Assembly: GCA_040830765.1 (NCBI GenBank)
Contig: JBFOMH010000017.1
Coordinates: 1 to 64,000, forward strand
DNA: 64,000 nt
Direction: 5' to 3'
From: Puniceicoccaceae bacterium
Lineage (GTDB): Bacteria; Verrucomicrobiota; Verrucomicrobiia; Opitutales; Oceanipulchritudinaceae
The position numbers and the translations under genes were made by a program. The notes beneath the pieces were generated by a model that searched no databases, had not been told where the DNA came from, and was given only the letters and a program-made list of their open reading frames with translations. Shown here one piece after another: positions 9,171 to 19,572 of this stretch (position 1 is the first letter of the stretch; each line of letters starts with the position of its first letter).

Positions 9171-12100
9171 ATGCAGTTAGCCCTGGACATCATTCTCAAC
9201 TGGAAGCTTCTCCTATCCGGAGTGGTGCTGCTGGCATTCCATCTTGTCCTTTATGGGATGTCCCGCCGGCGTAACTGGGGCATTGGCGGGGTCGAACTGC
9301 TGCGGGTGCCCCTGGTGATCCTGACCGGTGGCCTAATCCTTTCCGGAGTGGCCGGTTACGAGCGCTGGCATCAGGTCGAGGAGGAGGTGCGCCACCAGGC
9401 GGATATCCTCGCCAAGACCATGACAGTGGAGGACATGTATGCTTTCCGTTACCAGGGGGAAGCCGCCCTGAACCGGGCCAAGCAACGGTTCCAACGGTTC
9501 ATTGCCGCCAGCCTGCCGATCCAGGGATACCCGGTGGTCATCCGGGTCTACGCCAAGAATACCGAGGGCGACATCGAGATTCTCGTCGAGAGCAACAGCA
9601 GCCTATCCGAGATCAATGTGCTCCGGTTACCAAGGAAAGTGGAGCCTTCGATCCAGCTCCTGACTGCCTTCCAACACCCGATGGAAGTTTCGGCCTTGGA
9701 GCAGGGTGGGGATATGGGATACGGCCTCATGGCCTATTCGCGGGCCTCTGCCATCGGGGACCGTTCTCCCGGATTTGCCGTGGCGGCAGGCGTGCCGTAT
9801 GCAGGATTGATTGAGGAAATCCGGGGAGCGCAGGCTTACACCATTCGCCTGACCCTCCTCATCGCCATTATCGCGACTTCCCTCCTGGTGATTGGCAATC
9901 GCCTGCGATCGGCCCTGGAGAGGCAAAAACGGCTTGCTGCGGAAATCCACGACCGGGAAAAGCTCTTCCGGAGTATCTTTGACAACAGTGCGGCGGCCAT
10001 TTCGGTGATGGACGCCAACGGAAACTTTGAGCGAGTCAATGATCGCTGGACGGAATTGTTCGGCTACACCCCTGAAGATTCCCCGACGCCGGTCGAACTG
10101 GCTGCCGATGAAGACAAGGAGGAGAGCCGCAAGATGGCTCGGTCCCTGTTCAAGGGCGATGTTTCCGCCTACCGGGTGGAGCGGCGTTTCCAAAGGAAAG
10201 ATGGAAGCTACTTTTGGGGCGACATTTCCGTCCGGGCCCTCCGGGATGCCGATGGGAACCTCAAGGGCATCACCTCGCTGATTCTTGATATTTCCGACCG
10301 GAAGCTGGTCGAGGACTCCCTGCTGCACCGGGACCGCCTGCTGACTGGACTTGCCGATGCCCTGGCCAAGCTGCTGGAATTCCGGCACGGTCTTGAGGCG
10401 GTGATGCCTGAGGCGCTGTCCACGATTGGCTGGGCCGCCAATGTGGACCGGGTATATATCTTTGAGGAGCATTACGACGAGGACACCGACCAGGATGTCA
10501 TCACCATGCGCTTCGAATGGGTGGCCCCGAATATCACGGCACAGATCAGCAATCCGGGCATGCACAACCTTCCCTGGGAGCCCGATCTGACCCGGTTCCG
10601 GGATGTCCTCTACCGCAACCAGGTGGTTCACGGTCAGCTAACGGACCTTGCCGAATCCGAGCAAATGGTGCTGGAAGGGCAGGATATTATCTCCATCCTG
10701 CTGGTCCCTATTTTTATCGAGAACCGGATGTGGGGCTTTGTCGGGTTTGACGACTGCACCCGGGAGCACGTCTGGAGTGATACGGAAATTTCCATCCTGC
10801 GGGCGGCTTGCAAGGGTTTTGGCATTGCCGTCCAGCGGGAGCGTGCAGAGGCCTCTTTACTGGCTGCCAAGGAACGGGCGGAAATGCTCAACCAGAAGCT
10901 TTCCGTGGAAATTGACCGTGCCAACCTGCTTGCCACCCAGGCCGCGGAGGCCAACGAGACCAAGAGCCGCTTCCTGGCCAACATGAGTCATGAAATCCGG
11001 ACCCCGATGAACGGGGTATTGGGCATGTGCACGGTCCTCGCTGGCACCAGTCTCAATGACGAGCAAGGGGAGTACCTTTCCGTTATCCGCAAGAGTGCCG
11101 ATGGCCTGCTGGGTATCATTGAGGACATTCTCGATTTCTCCAAGATTGAGGCTGGGAAGTTGAAGCTGGAGCAGGTGGAGTCCAATGTGGTCGATCTGGT
11201 CGAGGATGCCCTGGATCTGTTCTCCCTTTCAACAACTGAAAAGGGATTGGATTTGCTTCACCATATCGATCCGGATGTACCGGAACGGCTTGTCCTGGAT
11301 CCGACCCGGTTGCGGCAAATCCTCGTCAACCTGCTTGGCAATGCGGTCAAATTTACGGAGGAAGGCCAGATCATCCTGCGGGTCAGCTATGTTCCCAAGG
11401 GGGACGAAATGGCCTTGCTGGAGTTCCACGTGCAGGACTCCGGACCCGGGATCGAGCCGCTCATGCAGGACCACTTGTTCGAGGCCTTTAACCAACTCGA
11501 CAGCTCAACCGCACGGAAATACGGCGGGACCGGCCTGGGGCTCACCATCAGCAAGAAACTGGCCCAGATTATGGGTGGTGACCTCGTGCTGGACAAAAGC
11601 AACAGCGATGGGTCTTCCTTCAAGGTGACCATCGAGGGTAGGGCGGTCTCCGGTGGCTGGCTGGCCCCGCATCTGGATGAGCACGATGCCTCACCCTTGT
11701 CCCTGCTTATTATCGATCCTAACGAGAACACCCGCAGATTTTACCGGGATCGCTTTAGCGCCTTTGGCGCGGATGTGGGAACGCTGGCCTCACTCGAGGA
11801 GATTGGGAGTGATCCCCAGTCGGCCGACCTGGTTGTCCTCAATCATGTCAGCCAATTGCTGGCTGACCAGGAACCGGTCATCGATCTGGGTGCCCTTTCG
11901 TCCATTGATGAGGCCATCATTCTTGCCAGCCCCGGTGAGTCGCGGGAATGGCAGGTCGAGGGAGTTCGGCGGGTCGATTACCTGATGAAGCCTCTACGCT
12001 CCCTTTCCCTGGTCCGCACGCTTTATCCGTCCATGCGTACGGAACAACTGTCACGGCTGGATTCGGCCAAGGCGACCGCTCCCGGACGTGAACTCGGGGT

Positions 12101-12482
12101 GCTCCTGCGGCGTCGCCACATCCTCGTGGTCGATGACAACAAGACTAACCTCCAGGTGGCCAAGCTTTTACTGAAGCGGCTCGGGCTGGAAGTAAAGATC
12201 GCCCACAGCGGGGCCGAAGCGCTGGAGTCGGTCCAGAAGGAAATCCCGGAAGTCGTTTTCCTCGATTTGCAGATGCCCGAAATGGATGGTTTCCAGACGG
12301 CGCGTGAACTGCTCAAGAAGGTTCCGGGGGCCTACATCATTGCCATGACCGCCGCCGCCACCACGGAGGACCGCTCAGCCAGTGCGGCTGCCGGAATGCG
12401 GGATTTCGTCTCCAAGCCAATTAAGGAAAACGACCTTTCCCGCGCCCTCTGGACCTATTACCACCAGGGCCAGCTGGCCTGA
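9171..12482 (+). CDS. Membrane hybrid sensor histidine kinase (PAS-GAF-HisKA-HATPase-REC)
   Basis: [52 protein letters not shown]. Confidence 0.95.
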   Translation: MQLALDIILNWKLLLSGVVLLAFHLVLYGMSRRRNWGIGGVELLRVPLVILTGGLILSGVAGYERWHQVEEEVRHQADILAKTMTVEDMYAFRYQGEAALNRAKQRFQRFIAASLPIQGYPVVIRVYAKNTEGDIEILVESNSSLSEINVLRLPRKVEPSIQLLTAFQHPMEVSALEQGGDMGYGLMAYSRASAIGDRSPGFAVAAGVPYAGLIEEIRGAQAYTIRLTLLIAIIATSLLVIGNRLRSALERQKRLAAEIHDREKLFRSIFDNSAAAISVMDANGNFERVNDRWTELFGYTPEDSPTPVELAADEDKEESRKMARSLFKGDVSAYRVERRFQRKDGSYFWGDISVRALRDADGNLKGITSLILDISDRKLVEDSLLHRDRLLTGLADALAKLLEFRHGLEAVMPEALSTIGWAANVDRVYIFEEHYDEDTDQDVITMRFEWVAPNITAQISNPGMHNLPWEPDLTRFRDVLYRNQVVHGQLTDLAESEQMVLEGQDIISILLVPIFIENRMWGFVGFDDCTREHVWSDTEISILRAACKGFGIAVQRERAEASLLAAKERAEMLNQKLSVEIDRANLLATQAAEANETKSRFLANMSHEIRTPMNGVLGMCTVLAGTSLNDEQGEYLSVIRKSADGLLGIIEDILDFSKIEAGKLKLEQVESNVVDLVEDALDLFSLSTTEKGLDLLHHIDPDVPERLVLDPTRLRQILVNLLGNAVKFTEEGQIILRVSYVPKGDEMALLEFHVQDSGPGIEPLMQDHLFEAFNQLDSSTARKYGGTGLGLTISKKLAQIMGGDLVLDKSNSDGSSFKVTIEGRAVSGGWLAPHLDEHDASPLSLLIIDPNENTRRFYRDRFSAFGADVGTLASLEEIGSDPQSADLVVLNHVSQLLADQEPVIDLGALSSIDEAIILASPGESREWQVEGVRRVDYLMKPLRSLSLVRTLYPSMRTEQLSRLDSAKATAPGRELGVLLRRRHILVVDDNKTNLQVAKLLLKRLGLEVKIAHSGAEALESVQKEIPEVVFLDLQMPEMDGFQTARELLKKVPGAYIIAMTAAATTEDRSASAAAGMRDFVSKPIKENDLSRALWTYYHQGQLA

Positions 12483-12565
12483 GCCATACCCCAATTACCC
12501 CTTTTCGCGACTTTCCGCTTGCCCAATCGGTATTCCTTCCCCAAATCTTCCCGTCTTTCGGCTCC

Positions 12566-12658
<93 letters not shown>

Positions 12659-12726
12659 TATCTGTCATTAACCTGTTGATGAACAGTAAGTTGCGTGATT
12701 TGAACGACTTAATTCGTGACAACACG

Positions 12727-12761
12727 CACGACAAAACACGACAAAACATGACAAAAGTGGC
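12727..12761 (+). repeat. Tandem CACGACAAAA x3 + GTGGC; inverted copy at 37455-37487
   Basis: 12729-12761 matches the reverse complement of 37455-37487 at 32/33 nt. Confidence 0.9.
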
Positions 12762-12768
12762 GCGTTTT

Positions 12769-12813
12769 GCCTTGATTATGCCTCGACTGGCATTGACTGG
12801 ATCTTGAACGGGG
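12769..12813 (+). repeat. 45-bp direct repeat, copy 1 (copy 2 at 14464-14508)
   Basis: gccttgattatgcctcgactggcattgactggatcttgaacgggg; 40/45 identity to copy 2. Confidence 0.88.
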
Positions 12814-12881
12814 ACGGTTTTATTCCGGGATAGATCTCAAAGGATTGTGTTTTTTCTTACGCCTGTTTTCCTGGCAAAGGC

Positions 12882-13733
12882 ATGAGCGGGAACGACTGGA
12901 GCAAGGAAGAGGTTGAATCAATAGTTGAGGATTATTTCTCAATGCTGGCGTTTGAACTGGCCGGGGTGTCGTATAACAAAACTGCACATAGAATGGAATT
13001 GCTGAAGAGACTTCCTTCGCGTTCTAAAGGCTCAATTGAGTTTAAACATGCCAATGTTAGTGCCGCATTACTTGACCTAGGTTTACCATACATAGAGGGG
13101 TATAAACCTAGATCGAATTATCAGGAATTAATTTCTGAAGTGCTTACTGAAAAGCTCGTTAAGAATCCAAACCTTCTGAACCTGGCGGCGGCTGATGCAG
13201 ACAGGCCATCCGTAGTTCCTGAAGTGGATGATATTCTGAAAGCTCTCACCGATCCACCGTCACTGCAAAAAGAGCAACGAAACTTAATAGCAGAAGATAA
13301 ACCACGGTATCGGCCTGTCACCAATTATTTGGAGAGAGAAGCCCGGAATCGGTCCTTGGGAGCAGCAGGAGAATTGTTTGTTCTAAATTATGAACGTGCC
13401 CGACTGATTCATGTGGGGCTGGATAGATTGGCTTCGAAAGTCGAGCATACATCCAAGGTCCGTGGAGACCATGAAGGTTATGATATTTTGTCATTCGATG
13501 ATTGTGGTGCTGAGAGATTGATAGAAGTCAAGACCACGAAATATGGTATCGAAACGCCCTTCTTCATCACACGGAATGAGGCGGAAGTTTCTAAACGAAA
13601 CGCGAATATCTACAATGTCTACCGGCTATACACCTTTAGTAAGCGACCCAAATTTTACCAGTTGCTGGGCTGCATTTCTGAATCCTGTTCGCTTTCACCG
13701 TCCACCTACCTTGCATTTCCGAGGGCAGGGTAA
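12882..13733 (+). CDS. DUF3883 (PD-(D/E)xK) nuclease-domain protein
   Basis: LGAAGELFV..E, GYDILSF, IEVKTT, FFITRNE. Confidence 0.8.
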   Translation: MSGNDWSKEEVESIVEDYFSMLAFELAGVSYNKTAHRMELLKRLPSRSKGSIEFKHANVSAALLDLGLPYIEGYKPRSNYQELISEVLTEKLVKNPNLLNLAAADADRPSVVPEVDDILKALTDPPSLQKEQRNLIAEDKPRYRPVTNYLEREARNRSLGAAGELFVLNYERARLIHVGLDRLASKVEHTSKVRGDHEGYDILSFDDCGAERLIEVKTTKYGIETPFFITRNEAEVSKRNANIYNVYRLYTFSKRPKFYQLLGCISESCSLSPSTYLAFPRAG

Positions 13734-13748
13734 TTTCCAGATAAGGCT

Positions 13749-14402
13749 TTGAATCCAATGGTTGATGCAAAAACAGTCACAGACCTAAAGTATTATTGGA
13801 GCAAAATACAGGCAGGAACATTCGATCAAGATACAGTTAAAAACATTTTGTTGGCAGGAAGAGAGTTGGCTCCACCAAAATCGATAGTAAGGGATCTAGG
13901 GGACTTGGTTGCTCATACGACTAGGAACAGAGGGTACTCGCATCGGCATATAAATTCATTCTCCACTAAAATTCATAGAAACAAGGATGCGACAAAGTTA
14001 GTAATAGATTTTGCAATGCCATTAGATGCGCATAGGTTTCCATTATACCTTGGAAAAATATTCCAAGAAGCTCTAGGTTTAACATGTGATGAGATCGTGA
14101 GTGTCCTAAATTCACACGACAATGATACTGATATTATTGTCTGTATCTTTTCCCTGATGCATTATGTGGAACTTCAATTTCCCGATAAGAGATCGTATAC
14201 TTTGAAAATGACAGGGAGCACTTCAAATCCATCTTGTCTTTCAATAGTGGCTTTCGGTGATCTTCGGAAAAGTGCAATTGCGATATCTCTTATAGATTTT
14301 CAGGAATATTTAGGTTCTGGATTATCCGGAAACCTTGAAGACTTGAGAGATATTAGGGCATTAAGAGATTCATCGGGAAAATTGATGCTGATGGAGGTTT
14401 AA
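13749..14402 (+). CDS. Hypothetical AT-rich protein
   Basis: 217-aa ORF directly after the DUF3883 gene; no recognisable motif. Confidence 0.6.
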   Translation: MNPMVDAKTVTDLKYYWSKIQAGTFDQDTVKNILLAGRELAPPKSIVRDLGDLVAHTTRNRGYSHRHINSFSTKIHRNKDATKLVIDFAMPLDAHRFPLYLGKIFQEALGLTCDEIVSVLNSHDNDTDIIVCIFSLMHYVELQFPDKRSYTLKMTGSTSNPSCLSIVAFGDLRKSAIAISLIDFQEYLGSGLSGNLEDLRDIRALRDSSGKLMLMEV

Positions 14403-14420
14403 AACAAGAAAGTCACAACA

Positions 14421-14460
14421 AGGTGGGGCCCTTGGTAAACCGGTCTGTTTGAGAGACATC
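14421..14460 (+). repeat. Non-coding site homologous to 37545-37585
   Basis: aggtgggg-cccttggtaaaccggtctgtttgagagacatc vs aggtagggtccctcagaagaccggtcgatttaagagacatc; 32/41. Confidence 0.75.
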
Positions 14461-14463
14461 AAA

Positions 14464-14508
14464 GCCTTGATTATACCTCGACTGACCTTGACTGGATTTT
14501 GACCGGGG
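14464..14508 (+). repeat. 45-bp direct repeat, copy 2
   Basis: gccttgattatacctcgactgaccttgactggattttgaccgggg. Confidence 0.88.
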
Positions 14509-14645
14509 GCAGGCCTGAACGAATTTCAAAATCCATTTGTTTAAAATCGGGTTAGGATTGCGTAAACAATATAGAATACTATTTCTTCACCTAATCCGCA
14601 TTTTTACCCAACCATATACTGCTGGAATTAGGTCCTCACTGATAA

Positions 14646-17219
14646 ATGGCATTTAGAACAAAAAGAAAATCTAGCCTCTCAATTGAAAGCCCTGAGTCTT
14701 TGTTTTCAGACATTAAAACAAAGAAGATTCCGGGACTACTCACCCAACAAGGTGATCTCCTCAGGGATTATCATGCAAATCATCAAAATTCACCTGATTT
14801 GGCCATTCAACTTCCTACTGGTTCCGGGAAAACACTGGTGGCTCTTTTAATTGGGGAATGGCGTCGTTTGGCTAAAAATGAGAGAGTTGTCTTTGCTTGT
14901 CCTACAAAGCAATTGGTTCACCAGGTTGTAGATCAGGCAAATTCAAAATATGGACTTAAAGTAATTCCTTTTACTGGATCCAAAAGAGACTACGATCCGG
15001 CTGACAAAAGTACATACGAATCAGGGGATGCGGTAGCCATCACAACTTACAGCAGTCTCTTTAATAGTAATCCGTTCTTTGAGGATCCGCATACAATTAT
15101 TTTCGATGATGCACATGCTGCTGACGGTTACGTTGCGTCCAATTGGACACTGGAAATAAAACAGTATTTGGAGGATGAGAAAGTACTTTTTGATGCAATT
15201 GCTTCAGTATTAAAACCAATACTATCAGAGATAGACTTTAGGAGATTTGCATCTTCTCCTGATTCATCGGGAGATGTCTCTTGGTATGAAATGATCCCAA
15301 ATACATTGCTCTTGCCGTATTTGGATGAATTAGACGGAGTCATAGGGTTAAATGTCTCCAAGCCTTCTCATGTTTTTCCATGGCAGTTTTTGAGTGGTGA
15401 TTTGGATAAGTGTAATTTGTACCTTGGTTCACAATCGATATATATTCGCCCGTATTTGGCGCCAACATTTAGTCATAAGCCTTTTTCCAAGGCTAAACAG
15501 AGAATATATTTATCAGCGACTCCTGGAGAGGGTGGAGAACTCGAAAGGATATTTTGCAGGCGATCGATTGATCGAATGTCGCCCCCAAAAGGATGGGATA
15601 GGCATACAATTGGGAGACGGTTCTTTGTATTTCCAGACCTAAGTCTAGATTCTGACGAAAGCAAATCTTTGCTGATCGACATCGTAAAAAGGGGTAGAGC
15701 ATTAATCCTCACTGGGGACAAAAAGACAGCGGATGCTTACGAGGAGTATTTTGGAGAGAATTCAGGTTTTCCTGTATTTAGTGCCTATGATATAGAAAAA
15801 TCAAAAGATCCATTTCTGTCGCATTCCCAAGCAGTGGCTATATTGGCGAACCGTTATGATGGTATTGATTTTCCAGAAGAAGAGTGCAGGAATATAATTC
15901 TTTTAGATATTCCAACGGCGACAAATCTTCAGGAAAAGTTTTTAATTTCCAGATTAGCGGCATCACGCGTACACGATGTCCGTATACTAACTAGAATTGT
16001 ACAGGCCTTTGGCCGTTGTACGCGTGGAGGAACTGATTATAGTACCGTTGTGGTGATTGGTGATAAGATGGTTTCTTACCTGTCAAAAATGGATAGGCTC
16101 CAGTATTTTCATCCTGAACTGCAAGGTGAAATCAAGTTTGGATTAGAACAGAGTCGTGACTCGGATTACTCAAACATACTTGAGAACCTTGATCATTTCT
16201 ATTCTCAGGATGAAGATTGGATCGACGCTCAATCTGAAATCTATGAATACCGAGACGAATCGAAGCGGGAACTGCTGCTTGGGTCCGATTGTCTTTCCAA
16301 TTCAGTTGAAAATGAAGTTGCATATATTGAAGCGTTTTGGGCTGGGGATTTCGTAGAAGCGTTGGAACAATGTAAAGAAGTTCTCGGAAGTTTGCTTGAT
16401 GATTCCCTTAGAGGCGAAAGAGCATTGTGGAACTATTTTGCTGGGTGTGCTGCCAACCGAATTGAAAATCAGAGTACTTTATCGACCGACTATTTTAGAG
16501 CGGCTGCAAAAGGGGCTTCTAGCCTTTCGTGGCTTCACGCATTAGTACATACGAATAGTTCTGAAAATGATGATGAATCATCGGATGCATCATCAGAGGA
16601 TCTGTTGCAAATTGACCGGCTGGAGGATTTATTTCTAAGACTTGGAATTTCTAATAACCGAAAATATGACAAATTTGAAGCGGAGATTAGAAATCAACTA
16701 AACGATCCAATCAAATTTGAAGCGGGGCATTTAAGCTTGGGAATACTGCTGGGATTTGATGCTGGTAAAATTGAATCGGAAGGAAGTCCAGATCCTTGGT
16801 GGATGCTGGGGGAAAATTCAATTTTGGTTTTTGAAGATCACGCGAATGCAAATGCTACTTCAAGTATTTCAGTTAGTAAAGCAAGACAGGCTGCTTCTCA
16901 TGAGAAGTGGATTAGAAGCGAGGTATCTTCAGATCCTGATGAATGTAATATTGACTCATTCTTAATTACTCCGGTTTCTGATATCAGTAGTGCAGCAGTT
17001 TGTCAGTTGTCTGAAGTTTGTGTGATCGACCTAACGGAATTTATTGATTGGTCGGAGAGTGTTATGCAAACAATCCGAGACATTAGAAGGACATTCCCAG
17101 ATAAGGGGGATTTAATATGGCGGAATGAAGCATATCAGAAGTTAAAGACAAATGGGATGATTGCTTCTCAGATATCGAAAACATTGAAAGCTAAGAGAAA
17201 AAATTTGGAACCAATATAA
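14646..17219 (+). CDS. SF2 (DinG/XPD-like) helicase with C-terminal PD-(D/E)xK-like domain; Hna-like defence protein
   Basis: LPTGSGKT, FDDAH, LSAT, QAFGRCTRG; C-terminal SPDPWW..VFEDH. Confidence 0.7.
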   Translation: MAFRTKRKSSLSIESPESLFSDIKTKKIPGLLTQQGDLLRDYHANHQNSPDLAIQLPTGSGKTLVALLIGEWRRLAKNERVVFACPTKQLVHQVVDQANSKYGLKVIPFTGSKRDYDPADKSTYESGDAVAITTYSSLFNSNPFFEDPHTIIFDDAHAADGYVASNWTLEIKQYLEDEKVLFDAIASVLKPILSEIDFRRFASSPDSSGDVSWYEMIPNTLLLPYLDELDGVIGLNVSKPSHVFPWQFLSGDLDKCNLYLGSQSIYIRPYLAPTFSHKPFSKAKQRIYLSATPGEGGELERIFCRRSIDRMSPPKGWDRHTIGRRFFVFPDLSLDSDESKSLLIDIVKRGRALILTGDKKTADAYEEYFGENSGFPVFSAYDIEKSKDPFLSHSQAVAILANRYDGIDFPEEECRNIILLDIPTATNLQEKFLISRLAASRVHDVRILTRIVQAFGRCTRGGTDYSTVVVIGDKMVSYLSKMDRLQYFHPELQGEIKFGLEQSRDSDYSNILENLDHFYSQDEDWIDAQSEIYEYRDESKRELLLGSDCLSNSVENEVAYIEAFWAGDFVEALEQCKEVLGSLLDDSLRGERALWNYFAGCAANRIENQSTLSTDYFRAAAKGASSLSWLHALVHTNSSENDDESSDASSEDLLQIDRLEDLFLRLGISNNRKYDKFEAEIRNQLNDPIKFEAGHLSLGILLGFDAGKIESEGSPDPWWMLGENSILVFEDHANANATSSISVSKARQAASHEKWIRSEVSSDPDECNIDSFLITPVSDISSAAVCQLSEVCVIDLTEFIDWSESVMQTIRDIRRTFPDKGDLIWRNEAYQKLKTNGMIASQISKTLKAKRKNLEPI

Positions 17220-17261
17220 TGATATATGATTGGTTGCTCACTCTGGTAGAGTGTAGTTACC

Positions 17262-18446
17262 ATGAGAATACGAAAAGACTATCAAGAATATCGAAAAAAA
17301 CCTTATGTTGCCAGGTGGTATGAAGGCCGGCGTCAGCGGAATAAGTTCTTCGCCACTGAGTCTGCAAGAGAAGAGTTTATTGAGCAATTCGGTAAGACCG
17401 CTCAGCAAGCGGATCCGGCACTACCAACTATTGATCCACATAGGCTGATTCGCTGGCAGCAAGCCATCGCTTTTGCTCCGGATGCTGATCCTGTCGAGGT
17501 CTTTAAGTTCTGGGTGAGTGAACAAAAAAAACTTCGCAAACTGGGTGAGCGATATCTTGGTGATGCTACCTCCGCTTATATCAATAGTATGGAACGGATC
17601 GGACGAAACAAAAGTTACATAGGTCATGTTCGCCGGACACTAACTGACCTCGAAGCGGAATTCGGAAACCGGCTTGTCCGAGAATTCACTGCCGATGAAA
17701 TCCGGGATTATCTGTTTGGGCTCCCCTATAGCCCAATTACTATCAGGAATAAACGAACCTACTTTCAGGGAGCATTCAGTTGGTGGGACAAACAAGGCTG
17801 GTTAAGTGATAATCCGATGACTCGAGTGGAATCACCTAAGGTTCAAGACAAAGAACCGGAGATTTTATCGGTCCCTGAAATCAGAAGCCTATTCAGTGCA
17901 AATGAGAAAGTGGATCCGGAAATCTGTGGGCTCCTCGCTCTCGGCGCCTTCGCTGGCATGCGGTCATCTGCCATCTCCCGGATAGACTACGCCGAAATTG
18001 ACTTCAAGCAGCGTGGGATTCTCACGCCAGCAGAGAAAACTAAGAAGAACCGGCGCCAGTGGATAGAGGATTTGCCCGATAACTTGTGGGAGTGGTTGAA
18101 GAAGACGCCTCCTCAGGCATTTGAAATGACACAACGACAGATGCTCCACCGGCGCGCGCAAGCCTTCAAGAGGGCCGGCCTGCTCGTCGAGGCGGACGAC
18201 ATTTCAAGGGAGAACGCTAAGCGGGATCGCAAGGGATTGCCTGCATCGAACCTCAAACCGAAATGCCCACCGAAGAATGCCCTTCGGCACAGCTTCGTCA
18301 CTTACCATGTGGCCTTGCATCGTAATCCTGGCAAGACTGCTCTGATTGTCAGCCACCGGGACCAGGATTGTCTTTACCAGCACTATCTTGGGATAGCGAA
18401 TAAGCAAGATGCAGAGCGGTATTTTAGGATTTGCCCAAGAATGTAA
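17262..18446 (+). CDS. Tyrosine recombinase/integrase 1
   Basis: FAGMRSSAI (R), KTKK, NALRHSF, SH, QHY catalytic set. Confidence 0.9.
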   Translation: MRIRKDYQEYRKKPYVARWYEGRRQRNKFFATESAREEFIEQFGKTAQQADPALPTIDPHRLIRWQQAIAFAPDADPVEVFKFWVSEQKKLRKLGERYLGDATSAYINSMERIGRNKSYIGHVRRTLTDLEAEFGNRLVREFTADEIRDYLFGLPYSPITIRNKRTYFQGAFSWWDKQGWLSDNPMTRVESPKVQDKEPEILSVPEIRSLFSANEKVDPEICGLLALGAFAGMRSSAISRIDYAEIDFKQRGILTPAEKTKKNRRQWIEDLPDNLWEWLKKTPPQAFEMTQRQMLHRRAQAFKRAGLLVEADDISRENAKRDRKGLPASNLKPKCPPKNALRHSFVTYHVALHRNPGKTALIVSHRDQDCLYQHYLGIANKQDAERYFRICPRM

Positions 18447-18517
18447 TCTTGAAACCAATTTTTGAAATTCTACAGAAAGCGCTGGCGCTTATCCAATTCG
18501 CTTGTTGAAATGACTTT

Positions 18518-19486
18518 ATGACGGACGTTGTATTAGGTGATTTGGAGAGAGTTTCTTTGCGCGATGTTTGGGCAGATGAGGCCGCTAGTTTCACTCCTTG
18601 GTTAGCAAAAGCTGAAAACTTGAAGCGACTTGGAAACACCCTTGGAATGGAACTTGAAACCGAGGATAAGGAAGTTGCTGTCGGACCCTTTTCAGCAGAT
18701 ATTTTATGCAAAGATACCATCGATGGCAGCTGGGTTGTTATTGAAAACCAGATTGAGAAGACAGATCATCGTCATCTTGGACAGATTTTGACTTATGCGG
18801 CTGGTCTAGATGCAAAAACAATGGTTTGGGTAGCGGCTAATTTCACTGATGAACACCGGGCAGCATTGGATTGGCTAAATGAAAATACCGATGACAAAAT
18901 TTCCTTCTTCGGCTTGGAAATTGAGGTGTGGAAAATTGGTAATTCCGTACCTGCACCAAAATTTAATATTGTCAGCAAACCAAACGATTGGTCTAAAGCA
19001 GTTAAGGGCCGAACATCAGGAGGTGGCGATAAGATTTCTCCACACAAGCAACTGCAATTTGAGTTTTGGACAGCATTCAGATCCTATGTGGAGGAAAATT
19101 CTAAACTAAAGCCGCAGAAGCCAGGTTTTCAACATTGGCTTACCCTTTCGATCGGGCGATCAGGATTTGTGATTTACGCGATTATTTCCTCATGGAATTC
19201 AATTACCGAAAAATCAGATCCTGAAGTACGCGTTGAGTTTGTTATGCTTTCTCCTGATGCGAAAAAACAGATGGAACAGTTGCTCATCCAAAAGGAGGTA
19301 TTGCAGGAAAAAATCGACCTGCCTCTCGTTTGGCACAATCCTGAGAATTCAAAGTCCTGTAAGATATTCATCAGAAGAGACGGCGATTTTACTAATCGAG
19401 ATAATTGGAATGAGCTTTTTGAATGGCTGTTGGCTTACATGAAAAAGTTTGACCATGTTTTTCGTCCCATAGTGAAGAAATTGTAG
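18518..19486 (+). CDS. DUF4268-domain protein with N-terminal NucS-like nuclease
   Basis: FTPWLA, ADILCKD..VIENQ..TDHRHLGQILTYAAG; EFWTAF C-terminal domain. Confidence 0.8.
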   Translation: MTDVVLGDLERVSLRDVWADEAASFTPWLAKAENLKRLGNTLGMELETEDKEVAVGPFSADILCKDTIDGSWVVIENQIEKTDHRHLGQILTYAAGLDAKTMVWVAANFTDEHRAALDWLNENTDDKISFFGLEIEVWKIGNSVPAPKFNIVSKPNDWSKAVKGRTSGGGDKISPHKQLQFEFWTAFRSYVEENSKLKPQKPGFQHWLTLSIGRSGFVIYAIISSWNSITEKSDPEVRVEFVMLSPDAKKQMEQLLIQKEVLQEKIDLPLVWHNPENSKSCKIFIRRDGDFTNRDNWNELFEWLLAYMKKFDHVFRPIVKKL

Positions 19487-19572
19487 AAACTCTTTCGAGT
19501 GCTGGAATCTTATATGCAATATTTCTATAAAGAAGATTGCGAGTCCTGCTGACACTATCCTACTATTATGTC

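Noticed and set aside
97..12316. Long alternative-frame ORFs (e.g. 1648-2775, 3611-4633, 4932-6707, 9627-10631)
   Set aside because: Shadow ORFs of well-supported genes in GC-rich DNA.
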